Assembly: GCA_024641745.1 (NCBI GenBank) | Contig: JAHECL010000001.1 | Span: 29,846-93,845 of the forward strand | DNA: 64,000 nucleotides | Origin: Gemmatimonadota bacterium | GTDB taxonomy: Bacteria; Gemmatimonadota; Gemmatimonadetes; Gemmatimonadales; GWC2-71-9 | Direction: 5' to 3' | Shown: in pieces, positions 1-7,986 of the stretch | Layout: the number at the start of each line of letters is the position of its first letter | Numbering within the stretch: position 1 is the stretch's first letter | The notes under the pieces: model-generated | Databases searched by the model: none | Seen by the model: only the letters and a program-made list of their open reading frames with translations | What the model was told of the DNA's origin: nothing | Made by a program: the position numbers and the translations under genes

Positions 1-415
1 CGTAGAACGCCTGCGAACTCCCGTTCCTGAACTGCTGAGTCCAGTTCTGCCCGCCGTCCTCGGTGTAGTAGATCTGTGAGGCCGGACCATTCCCGGCGCT
101 CATCAGCCAGGCGCGCTTCGCATCCAGCGCATGCAGGTCGCGGAACTGGAGCGAGTCTCCCCGCGGCACGACGCCGACCGTCCAGCTGGCTCCGCCATCT
201 TCGCTGCGCGCCCAGGTGCCGCCATGCCCGCTGACCCACACCACCTCGCTGCTGACCACGCTCACCGCCTGCAGGAGGTTGGTGGTGGGGACGGTCTGGG
301 TCGTCAGGACGGGAGGCGCGATGGCGGTCGGGTCGACCAGGATGGGCGGAGACGCAGAGGAACAGGCGAGCAGTGGTCCAGAGACAACGGTGACGGCCAA
401 GAGGAGGAGACGCAT
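1..415 (-). CDS. Partial BNR/Ycf48-like beta-propeller lipoprotein (N-terminal part; gene runs off the window)
   Basis: Not in the ORF track because it is open at the window edge. Manual minus-strand translation from the ATG at 415 gives MRLLLLAVTVVSGPLLACSS (lipobox LLAC). SEDGGASW and TEDGGQNW follow, matching Asp-box/BNR SxDxGxxW repeats. Confidence 0.6.
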   Translation of the reverse strand, partial: MRLLLLAVTVVSGPLLACSSASPPILVDPTAIAPPVLTTQTVPTTNLLQAVSVVSSEVVWVSGHGGTWARSEDGGASWTVGVVPRGDSLQFRDLHALDAKRAWLMSAGNGPASQIYYTEDGGQNWTQQFRNGSSQAFY

Positions 416-435
416 CGGTGCTCCAGGGCGAATGG

Positions 436-840
436 TCAGTCTCGCCGGCGGGCGGCGGGTTCCGGGGGCGCGGAAAAGTCGGCCTCCGCGGGCGGGCGGA
501 AGCGCAGGTCGAAGGCGAGGAAGAGCATCTTCGAGAATGGCAGGAACACCATTGGAGTGACGACCATCAACGCCGCCCCGCCGATGGTGATCACCTTCCA
601 CGGCGGGGACGGCCAGGTGGCCATCACCACCGCCGCGGCGGCGCCGGCGAAGAGGAGCTCGGTTGCCACGATGTTGAACATATACGACCCGACCCAGTAG
701 CCCGATTCACCACGCTCGAACCGAAGTCCGCACCGGGGGCAGCTCGGCGCGAACCGGAACCAGGAAAGGAGAGCCGGCCCGCCGCCGCACGCGGGGCAGC
801 GCAGACGAAGCGCCCGGGACAACAATTGCACGGTCGTCAC
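436..840 (-). CDS. DUF983 family membrane protein
   Basis: 134 aa ORF. Two Cys pairs (CPACGG ... CPRCG) are followed by two hydrophobic helices, the typical DUF983 layout. The GTG start overlaps the upstream stop (GTGA at 837-840). Confidence 0.75.
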   Translation of the reverse strand: MTTVQLLSRALRLRCPACGGGPALLSWFRFAPSCPRCGLRFERGESGYWVGSYMFNIVATELLFAGAAAAVVMATWPSPPWKVITIGGAALMVVTPMVFLPFSKMLFLAFDLRFRPPAEADFSAPPEPAARRRD

Positions 841-1367
841 GCGGCATCGTCCCGGACGACCATGATCGGGGCGTCCTCCGGCAGCCAGATACCGGGAAAG
901 GCGCGCACATCGGCGGTCGACAGTTCCCGTGGCGCGCCACCGGTGACCGTCTGCAGCCCGTCGTGGCCGAAGTGGAGATAGTACAGGGTCGGTCCGGCGT
1001 TGCGCGCGTGCTCCGCCACGAATGCCGTGAACTGCTGCGGCCAGTAGCCGCGCGGACGCGGCCGGCGCTCGAGGCCGCGGCGGTGCGCCTCCAGCGCCTG
1101 GATGACTCGTGTTCTGCTGTAGTCGAGGGCGCGGTAGCGGACGCGAAGCCTCGTCTCGTCCTCGCCGGGCACGGGCAGCCGCTCCGTGACCAGGTCACAC
1201 GAGCAGCTGCCGCGGAGGATCCGGGCGACCGTCTGCGCGTCGTGATGCCGCTCGCGCAGCGGCCCCTGCTCATTTGGGGGAAGGAGGTCGGCCGTCAGCC
1301 CCGGCGGGAGCATGGAACGCACCTCGCTCAGGGTCAGCGGGCTGGCGACGTAGAGAAAGAAACACAT
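837..1367 (-). CDS. Hypothetical protein
   Basis: 176 aa ORF with coding-like composition, translationally coupled to the DUF983 gene. No motif recognised. Confidence 0.5.
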   Translation of the reverse strand: MCFFLYVASPLTLSEVRSMLPPGLTADLLPPNEQGPLRERHHDAQTVARILRGSCSCDLVTERLPVPGEDETRLRVRYRALDYSRTRVIQALEAHRRGLERRPRPRGYWPQQFTAFVAEHARNAGPTLYYLHFGHDGLQTVTGGAPRELSTADVRAFPGIWLPEDAPIMVVRDDAA

Positions 1368-1409
1368 GGGCGGTCACGGGAAGTGGGTGTGCGCCGGCTG
1401 GCGTCCGGC

Positions 1410-1778
1410 TCAGGCGCCCGGATCCGGGCGGCGCCGTGCGCGTTCCGCCCTCCCCTCGAGAATCAGCGCCGCCGCCTCACCGGATGGGCCGCCGCGCCGG
1501 ACCAGCTGCTCCAGCGTGGCCGCCTCTTCGTTCCGGAGCTGGGCGGCGAGCATCACGATCGCCTGCCCCCGCGCGATGTCCTCCCGGCGGGCGAGAAGGT
1601 CGGTCCGGGCCCGCCAGGCCATGGCGGCGATGCCGAGCAGACAGGCGAAGAAGAGCGCCAGGCCCGACCAGGCGTACGCCGGCGGGACGACGTTCTGGAA
1701 CGCGGCCATGGCCGTCCCCAGGGCCACGATGCCTGCGACGGCGGTCAGTCGCACCAGGACGCGATTCTGCATCTCCAC
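1410..1778 (-). CDS. Hypothetical membrane protein
   Basis: 122 aa ORF with two predicted TM helices (LTAVAGIVALGTAMAAF and GLALFFACLLGIAAMAW). It lies 8 nt downstream of the GroES-like gene on the same strand. Confidence 0.45.
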   Translation of the reverse strand: MEMQNRVLVRLTAVAGIVALGTAMAAFQNVVPPAYAWSGLALFFACLLGIAAMAWRARTDLLARREDIARGQAIVMLAAQLRNEEAATLEQLVRRGGPSGEAAALILEGRAERARRRPDPGA

Positions 1779-1785
1779 CGTCCGG

Positions 1786-2163
1786 CTAGATCGGGAGTTC
1801 CTCGCGCACCAGCACGAGGATCGCGGCCAGCGGCACGACGAGGAATTTCCGCTCCTCGAAGGTGATCTCCACCGCCGCCTTCCGGAAGAAGATGGCGGTA
1901 TCTCCGGGCTTCGCCTGCATCGGCCGGTGCCGGGTCCCCTCCCGCCGGGTCGCCTTCCAGGGCTCCTCGTCGAGGGCGCTGAAGTCGGGCATCGGTTCGC
2001 CGGGTCCCGTCGCGACGATCAGTCCCGCCTGGACCGGCTGGCCTTCCAGTGCCGACGCGGGAAGGTAGAGCCCCACCCGGGTCCGATCCTCCCCCTCTTC
2101 GGGGGTGATCAGGACCCGGTCGCCCACCACCAGCAGCTGCTTCTTCGGAAAGTCCATCGGCAC
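1786..2163 (-). CDS. Divergent GroES/Cpn10-family protein with an internal insertion
   Basis: 125 aa. VGDRVLITPEEGEDRTRVGLYLP ... AGLIVATGPGEP ... KPGDTAIFFRKAAVEITFEERKFLVV follows the GroES pattern (GDRVLV..., GxVVAVGPG, GDxVLF...) but carries about 25 extra residues. No groEL is adjacent. Confidence 0.55.
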   Translation of the reverse strand: MPMDFPKKQLLVVGDRVLITPEEGEDRTRVGLYLPASALEGQPVQAGLIVATGPGEPMPDFSALDEEPWKATRREGTRHRPMQAKPGDTAIFFRKAAVEITFEERKFLVVPLAAILVLVREELPI

Positions 2164-2176
2164 TCCAGGGGACGGC

Positions 2177-2644
2177 CTACGCCTGGTGGATGGTCACGAG
2201 CTCGGTCACGCGCAGCCGGCGGACCATGCGGGGCAGGCGCAGCTCGACTTCGTCACCGATGCGGCGGTTCACCAGCGCCCGGCCGAGGGGAGAAGCGAGC
2301 GAGACGTGCCCTTCATCGAGGTCCATCATCTCGGCGAGCACCACCATGTAGATGTCGGTTTCCTCGCTGTCGAGGTCAAACACCGTGACCTTCGAGCCGA
2401 GCCCGACCCGGTCGGTCGGGGTCTCGGTGTTGGCCAGCTGGTGGAGCTGGTTCAGCCGCTGATGGAGCTGGCCGAGCCTCGCCTGCACGAATTGCTGGCG
2501 TTCGAGGGCGGCCTTGTACTCCGAGTTCTCCCGGAGGTCACCCATCTCCACGGCCTGGGCGATGGCCTGCGGGAGGGTGATGGTCAGCTCGTGCGTCAGG
2601 GCCTCGATCTCTCGACCGAGCTTCTCGCGCATTTCGGTGATCAT
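2177..2644 (-). CDS. greA: Transcription elongation factor GreA
   Basis: GDLRENSEYKAALERQ coiled-coil motif and a C-terminal FKBP-like domain (VSLASPLGRALVNRRIGDEVEL). I prefer the ATG at 2644 (MITEMREKL) over the track's TTG at 2659, which sits inside the terminator T-run. Confidence 0.9.
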   Translation of the reverse strand: MITEMREKLGREIEALTHELTITLPQAIAQAVEMGDLRENSEYKAALERQQFVQARLGQLHQRLNQLHQLANTETPTDRVGLGSKVTVFDLDSEETDIYMVVLAEMMDLDEGHVSLASPLGRALVNRRIGDEVELRLPRMVRRLRVTELVTIHQA

Positions 2645-2654
2645 GGGCGATTCC

Positions 2655-2700
2655 AACAAAAAAAGGACGTGCCCGAGAGAAGATCTCTCTCCTCGGGCAC
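2655..2700 (-). terminator. Intrinsic terminator-like hairpin plus U-run immediately upstream of greA
   Basis: Perfect 9-bp arms gtgcccgag (2669-2677) and ctcgggcac (2692-2700) with further inner pairing. On the minus strand they are followed by TTTTTTTGTT (complement of 2655-2664). Confidence 0.6.
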
Positions 2701-2796
2701 TCTCGATATTCTCTCACCAAAGATGCGGTGTCAGGGCCGATTTGGACAGGTGCGGCCCTAAGCGTCCATTTCACAACCATTTACCGGCCGACCCAC

Positions 2797-4089
2797 CTAT
2801 CCTGCCATCTCCCCCAGCAGCGCCAGGGCCTTGTCCACTTCTTCCGGCGAATTGTAGATGTGGCAGGCATGACGGACGCCGACCGGGTCGCCCATGCTCC
2901 GGACCCGGATCCGGCCCCGGGACCAGAGGTAGTCCTGGATTTCCCCACCCGTCCTGTTTTTCAGGCCGTAGACCGTTGTCCCACAGGTCAGGTCCGGATG
3001 GGTCGGCGAGACGATCACCGTCCCGGGGATGGCAGCCAGCCCGGTGCGCAGCTGCTCGGCCAGCGCGACGTCCCGCTGCTCGATCCGGCCGGAGCCGATC
3101 TGGTTGTGGAAGTCCGCCGCGACGCCGAGGCCGATCAGGAGGCTGAGGTTGCCGGTGCCGTACTGCATCAGCCGGAACATCGGGTCCGTCTCGTTGTCCC
3201 AGGCGCTTGAGGGGAGGGTGGCCCACAGCTCCTCCTGCCGGTCGGGACGCACGTACAGGAGTCCGGTGCCCTTCGGGCCCAGCATCCACTTGTGGGGTGA
3301 GGCGTAGAAGGCGTCGCAGCCGAGGGCCTGCACGTCCACGGCGATGTGGCCGAGGGACTGGGCACCATCCACGACGCTCCAGATGTTGCGTTCCCGGGCG
3401 AGGGCGCAGAGCCGGGCGACCGGGTAGCGAATGGCCCGTGAGCTGGAGATGTGGGGGATGGCCCAGACCCGGGTGCGGGAGGTGGTGGCGGCGAGGTAGA
3501 GATCGATCAACTGGTCGGGAGACGCCGCCGGCGCCGGGACGGTGATCTGTCGGACGACGATGCCGTCCCGCTTGGCGCGGAGGTCGTATCCCTTCCGCCC
3601 GCCCGGATGCGCCTGGTCGGTGACGACGACTTCATCGCCCGGCCGGAGGTCGAGGCCATTCGCGACGAAGTTCATGCCGAAGGTCGCGTTCTGGGTGAGC
3701 GCGACATCGCGTCCTGCGCAATTGAGGACCGTTCCCAGCTGGTCGCGGTACGCCATTTCTGGGTAGTACCCGGTGAAGAAGTTCTCGCTGTCCCCCTTGT
3801 AGTCCCAATCGGCGATGTCCCGGTCGATGTGCTGGAGGCTCGTGAGGACGGCTTCCTGGACGGCCCGCGGGCTGGAGCCCAGGGTCGCGGTATTGAAGAA
3901 GGCATCGGTGGTCGGGATGGTGAACTGGGTGCGGAGTTCCCGCCAGTAGGCTTCGTCGCGGAGTGCCCCGAATTCCGCAGGCATCCGTGAGGCCGGGCGC
4001 GCGGCGAGAGTGTTGCCGAGCCGGGGCCAGGCCACGGAGACGGCGAGCGGGGCAGAGAGCAGTCCGAGGAAGGAGCGGCGAGTGGTCAC
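2797..4089 (-). CDS. Class V aminotransferase-fold PLP enzyme (cysteine desulfurase / isopenicillin-N epimerase-like) with a Tat signal
   Basis: The track ORF 2797..4551 is trimmed to the GTG at 4089 (VTTRRSFLGLLSAPLAVSVA), a twin-arginine motif. ASPHKWMLGPKGTGLLYV is the PLP-lysine motif of class V enzymes. Confidence 0.8.
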   Translation of the reverse strand: MTTRRSFLGLLSAPLAVSVAWPRLGNTLAARPASRMPAEFGALRDEAYWRELRTQFTIPTTDAFFNTATLGSSPRAVQEAVLTSLQHIDRDIADWDYKGDSENFFTGYYPEMAYRDQLGTVLNCAGRDVALTQNATFGMNFVANGLDLRPGDEVVVTDQAHPGGRKGYDLRAKRDGIVVRQITVPAPAASPDQLIDLYLAATTSRTRVWAIPHISSSRAIRYPVARLCALARERNIWSVVDGAQSLGHIAVDVQALGCDAFYASPHKWMLGPKGTGLLYVRPDRQEELWATLPSSAWDNETDPMFRLMQYGTGNLSLLIGLGVAADFHNQIGSGRIEQRDVALAEQLRTGLAAIPGTVIVSPTHPDLTCGTTVYGLKNRTGGEIQDYLWSRGRIRVRSMGDPVGVRHACHIYNSPEEVDKALALLGEMAG

Positions 4090-4189
4090 GGGGCACCGTT
4101 GGAAAGGGATGCCACACAATTGGGCGCGGAGCGACGGACCGCAAGCCCCCTCTGCCCAAATCGGTGCCGCGGCCTTACCCTCAACACCT

Positions 4190-4870
4190 ATGCGAATCCC
4201 CGTCCTGTGCCTGGCCCTGCTGCCCGCCGCCCTCAACGCGCAGGCCTCGGTGGCCAACGCCGACTCCCAGCTGGTGGCGCCCGACCTGGTTGCGGAACAG
4301 CTGCTGGTCGATGTCCGTGCCGTCGACAGCACCATCCGGGTCGAGGTCCGGTATGCCGGTCCGAACAACTTCACCGGGGCCCCCCTGCCGGGGTACCAGG
4401 CCAATCGGGCGCTGCTGCGCTGGGAAGCGGCGGCGGCGCTTGCCCGGGTGCAGCAGCACCTGGCCGCGGAGGGACTGGGGCTCAAGGTCTGGGACGGGTA
4501 CCGTCCCGTCCGTGCGACCCTCGGGATGGTCGCCTGGACCGAGCGCACCAACCAGACCTGGCTCCTCGATTCGGGCTACATCGCGCGCCGGAGCCGGCAC
4601 AACCAGGGGGTGGCGGTGGACCTGACCCTGGTTGACCTGCATTCCGGGGTGGAACTCCCGATGGGGACGCCGTACGACACCTTCGGCGATGCGGCGCACA
4701 CCGCCAACGCCACCGGGGCGGTGAAACAGGCGAGGGACCATTTCGTAGAGGTGATGGCCTCCGAAGGATTCACCAATTACCCCATGGAGTGGTGGCACTT
4801 CTCGTACGTGGTCGAGGATCCGGTTCCATTCGACCTCGTCATCCGCGCCGCTCCATCCACCTCTCGCTGA
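4190..4870 (+). CDS. D-alanyl-D-alanine dipeptidase (VanX/DdpX, peptidase M15D) with a signal peptide
   Basis: Trimmed to the ATG at 4190 (MRIPVLCLALLPAALNAQA signal). SRHNQGVAVDLTL and PMEWWHF match the VanX zinc/catalytic motifs SxHxxGxAxD and EWWH. Confidence 0.8.
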   Translation: MRIPVLCLALLPAALNAQASVANADSQLVAPDLVAEQLLVDVRAVDSTIRVEVRYAGPNNFTGAPLPGYQANRALLRWEAAAALARVQQHLAAEGLGLKVWDGYRPVRATLGMVAWTERTNQTWLLDSGYIARRSRHNQGVAVDLTLVDLHSGVELPMGTPYDTFGDAAHTANATGAVKQARDHFVEVMASEGFTNYPMEWWHFSYVVEDPVPFDLVIRAAPSTSR

Positions 4871-4881
4871 CGAAGACCTCC

Positions 4882-6207
4882 ATGACCCCAGTCCGCCGGC
4901 TCGCCCTCATCGCCACCCTCCTCTGTTCACTCCCGGCCATCCTCCCCGCCCAGGTCGGCTCCCCCGCTGGACCCGTGCCGGTGGAGTACCTGACCGCCCG
5001 GCGCGCGGAGCTCCTGAAGCGGATGGGCAACGGGATCGCCGTCATTCCCTCTGCCGAGAAGCGGAGCATCGAGGGAGACTATCCGCAGGACAGCGACTAC
5101 CGCGAGAACAATGATTTCTTCTACCTGACGGGCATCGAGTCACCGGAAAGCTGGCTGGTGCTGGTGGCCAGGGACACCCTGGCCCCGCAGATCTACCTCT
5201 ACCTCCCGGCACGGGACTCGATGGCGGAACGGTGGACCGGTGCGCGGCTTGGCCCCGGTCCTGAAGCGACCCAGGTCACCGGGATCGATGACACCCGGGA
5301 CGCCGCCCTGGCGGAGAAGCAGCTACGCAGCATGGTTCGGACCAGCAAGGCGCGCGGGGGAAGCCTCTACCTGCTCCTGGGGCAGCAGGCGGCGAGCGAC
5401 ACCTTCTTCCAGCAGCTGGCGCTCGGGAGTGGGGCGGGGGTGACCGACCTGCGGCCCTCGCTGGCGGCGATGCGGCTCGTCAAGGACGCCGACGAATTGC
5501 GCCGCATGCGCATGGCCATCGACGTCACCGCCAAGGGGCACGTGGCCGCGATGCGGGCGGCTCACCCCGGGGCCTGGGAATACGAGCTCGAGGGGGTCGC
5601 GGAGGGCACCTTTCGCAGCCTCGGTGCCGAGCGCCTGGCCTATCCCAGCATTGTGGGGACCGGGATCAACGCCACCACCCTCCACTACGACAAGAGTCGG
5701 AGCCAGCTGCAGGCGGGGGAACTGGTGGTGATGGACATGGGGGCGGAATACGGCTTCTACGCGGCGGACGTGACCCGGACCATACCCGTCACCGGGAAAT
5801 TCACCCCGCGTCAGCGCGACATCTACAACCTTGTGCTCGCCACCCAGCAGGCGGCGCTTGATTCGATCCACCCTGGGCAGACGATGTCCCGGCTCGGCCA
5901 GATCGCCCGGGCGTACATGAAGGAACACTCCGGCGACCTCTGTGCGCCCGGGACCTGCGACCGGTACTTCATCCATGGACTCGGGCACTGGCTCGGAATG
6001 GACGTCCACGATGTCGGCGCCTATGCGACGCCGCTCGCGCCCAACATGGTCTTCACCGTCGAACCGGGCATCTACATCCCAGGAGAGGCGCTCGGTGTAC
6101 GGATCGAGGACGACGTGGTGGTGACGGAGACGGGGTACGAACTCCTCTCCGGCGGGGCGCCGCGGACGGCGGCCGATGTCGAACAGGTCATGAAGCGGAA
6201 GAACTGA
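4882..6207 (+). CDS. pepP: Xaa-Pro aminopeptidase (M24B) with a signal peptide
   Basis: Trimmed to the ATG at 4882 (MTPVRRLALIATLLCSLPAILPAQ). Shows the N-terminal AMP_N pattern (DSDYRENNDFFYLTG) and the M24 metal motifs DMGAEYGFYAADVTR, HGLGHWLGMDVHD, VEPGIY and IEDDV. Confidence 0.85.
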   Translation: MTPVRRLALIATLLCSLPAILPAQVGSPAGPVPVEYLTARRAELLKRMGNGIAVIPSAEKRSIEGDYPQDSDYRENNDFFYLTGIESPESWLVLVARDTLAPQIYLYLPARDSMAERWTGARLGPGPEATQVTGIDDTRDAALAEKQLRSMVRTSKARGGSLYLLLGQQAASDTFFQQLALGSGAGVTDLRPSLAAMRLVKDADELRRMRMAIDVTAKGHVAAMRAAHPGAWEYELEGVAEGTFRSLGAERLAYPSIVGTGINATTLHYDKSRSQLQAGELVVMDMGAEYGFYAADVTRTIPVTGKFTPRQRDIYNLVLATQQAALDSIHPGQTMSRLGQIARAYMKEHSGDLCAPGTCDRYFIHGLGHWLGMDVHDVGAYATPLAPNMVFTVEPGIYIPGEALGVRIEDDVVVTETGYELLSGGAPRTAADVEQVMKRKN

Positions 6208-6679
6208 GCTTCCACGCCGCGATGTTGCGGCGAATCTGGCGATCGTGGATTTCCAGGTGTTCGGCGTAGGCCCGGAGCCAGATCTCGGCGCCGTAGGCCC
6301 CCGCCTCGGTGTGGGTGCCGGTCCGGGCCCACTGCGCCTCCGTGAGCCGGTGGAGCAGGGGAACGGTGTTCGCGCGGACGGCGACGACGGTGGCCATCGC
6401 CAGGTCGAGCGGATGCGAGTGATAGTCCATTGTCTGGGCCCACCGCGCCTCATCATATCCCACGATCGTGGGATGCCGTTCCCCCAGCACATAGCGGATG
6501 CGACCGTGGCTGTTGACCTCCGAGTCCGCGCAATGGACGATCACCTCGTGCACTGACCACTTGCCGGGCCCGGGGCGCCACTGGAGTGCTTCGGCCGGTG
6601 TCGCCGCCATGGCGGTCGAGATGAGCGCCGGTCCTTCGGCGTAGCGCCGGATGCAGTCCAGGCGTTCGGCGGGGGTCAT
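6188..6679 (-). CDS. DinB-family (four-helix-bundle, metal-binding) protein
   Basis: The track ORF 6188..7705 is trimmed to the ATG at 6679 (MTPAERL...). WSVHEVIVHCADSE ... AEHLEIHDRQI shows the DinB-like His pattern. The rest of the long ORF is antisense to ctaC. Confidence 0.7.
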   Translation of the reverse strand: MTPAERLDCIRRYAEGPALISTAMAATPAEALQWRPGPGKWSVHEVIVHCADSEVNSHGRIRYVLGERHPTIVGYDEARWAQTMDYHSHPLDLAMATVVAVRANTVPLLHRLTEAQWARTGTHTEAGAYGAEIWLRAYAEHLEIHDRQIRRNIAAWKLSSSAS

Positions 6680-6794
6680 GACGGGCTCCTGGGTGGGGGA
6701 GATGACGGCGGCCGACGGTCGGCCGGCCTCAAGAATAGGCCGCCGTCCCGGGAAGGGCGACTGTGCGCCCCGGGATTCGACCCGGCTCGATTCA

Positions 6795-6823
6795 TTGACG
6801 CGGAGGCCTCCAGACGGTAAAAT
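6795..6823 (+). promoter_or_regulatory. Sigma70-like promoter of the cytochrome oxidase operon
   Basis: TTGACG (6795-6800), a 17-nt spacer, then TAAAAT (6818-6823), about 55 nt upstream of the ctaC ATG. It lies in one of the few AT-richer patches. Confidence 0.55.
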
Positions 6824-6877
6824 GCTGTCTGCATCACCACTTATCCCCAGCATTTTTCGCCGAACAGGACCAACGGA

Positions 6878-7972
6878 ATGGCCCTCAGGACTCCCTCCCT
6901 CCGGCGCGTCGCCCGGTGGGTGCCAGCACTGTGTGTTGCCCTGGCCATGCTCGTGCTGGCCGGGTGCTCGCCGGACGGCTACCCGCAGACCACGCTGGCC
7001 CCCAAGGCGGACTTCGCGGAACTGCTCGACAAGGTGTTCCGGCGGTCCTTCCAGCTGGCCACCATCGTCTTCTTCCTGGTGGAGGGGGCGCTGGTCTGGG
7101 CCCTGTTCCGCTTCCGCGGCAAGCCGGGTGACGCCGAGCCGGAGCAGACCCACGGGAACGCGATGCTGGAGGTGGTCTGGACTGTCATTCCCGCCGTCAT
7201 CCTGGTCTTCATCGCCATCCCGACTATCCAGACGATCTTCAAGACCGCCGAGGCCCCCACCGACAACCCGCTCGTGATCGAGGTGACAGGTCACCAGTGG
7301 TGGTGGGAGTTCCGGTACCCCGAATACAACCTGGTCACCGCCGGCGACATGCATGTGCCGGTCGGCCGGACGGTCGACCTCCGGATGACCACCGGCGACG
7401 TGGTCCACAGCTTCTGGACCCCGCAGCTGGCCGGCAAGCGGGATGTCTTCCCGAAACGTGACAACCGGCTCTGGTTCCGGACGGAGACCGCCGGCCTCTA
7501 CCCTGGCCAGTGCGCCGAGTTCTGCGGCACCCAGCACGCGCGGATGGCGTTCCAGGTCGTGGCCCAGGAACCGGCCGAGTTTGACGCCTGGAGGACGGGG
7601 CTGGCGGCGGTCGGCGCGCCGGCAGACTCGGGGGCGCCCGCGCCCGACTCGCTGGTGGCCCAGGGCCAGCAGCTCTTCGCCATGAAGGGCTGCGTCGGCT
7701 GCCACATGGTCACGGCGGTGGGCGCCCCGACGATGGTCGGCCCGAACCTGGCCGGCATCGGGAGCCGGACGATGATCGCCTCGGGCTGGCTGCCCAACAC
7801 TGACGAGAACCTCGCCCGCTGGATCATGAACCCCCAGGCCGTGAAAGTGGGCGTCCTGATGCCCAATCTCGGCCTCAATGACGAAGAAGCCACGGCGCTG
7901 GTAGCGTACCTCCGGTCGCTCCGCGTGGCCCCTGCCCCTGCGGCGGTCGCGACGACCGCCGCCGGCAACTGA
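6878..7972 (+). CDS. ctaC: Cytochrome c oxidase subunit II with fused C-terminal cytochrome c (caa3 type)
   Basis: Lipoprotein-type signal (LVLAGCSP), two TM helices, the CuA motif HSFWTPQLAGKRD...CAEFCGTQHARM, and a C-terminal CVGCHM haem c site. Confidence 0.92.
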   Translation: MALRTPSLRRVARWVPALCVALAMLVLAGCSPDGYPQTTLAPKADFAELLDKVFRRSFQLATIVFFLVEGALVWALFRFRGKPGDAEPEQTHGNAMLEVVWTVIPAVILVFIAIPTIQTIFKTAEAPTDNPLVIEVTGHQWWWEFRYPEYNLVTAGDMHVPVGRTVDLRMTTGDVVHSFWTPQLAGKRDVFPKRDNRLWFRTETAGLYPGQCAEFCGTQHARMAFQVVAQEPAEFDAWRTGLAAVGAPADSGAPAPDSLVAQGQQLFAMKGCVGCHMVTAVGAPTMVGPNLAGIGSRTMIASGWLPNTDENLARWIMNPQAVKVGVLMPNLGLNDEEATALVAYLRSLRVAPAPAAVATTAAGN

Positions 7973-7986
7973 CGAGAGGGTACGCG

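Noticed and set aside
4090-4551. N-terminal extensions of track ORFs (e.g. 2797-4551, 6188-7705, 25551-27227, 57218-58579, 53271-55220, 20279-22468, 35517-36875)
   Set aside because: The extensions overlap neighbouring genes, are compositionally junk-like, and precede internal starts that give proper signal peptides, RBSs or family-typical N-termini. The CDSs were trimmed accordingly.
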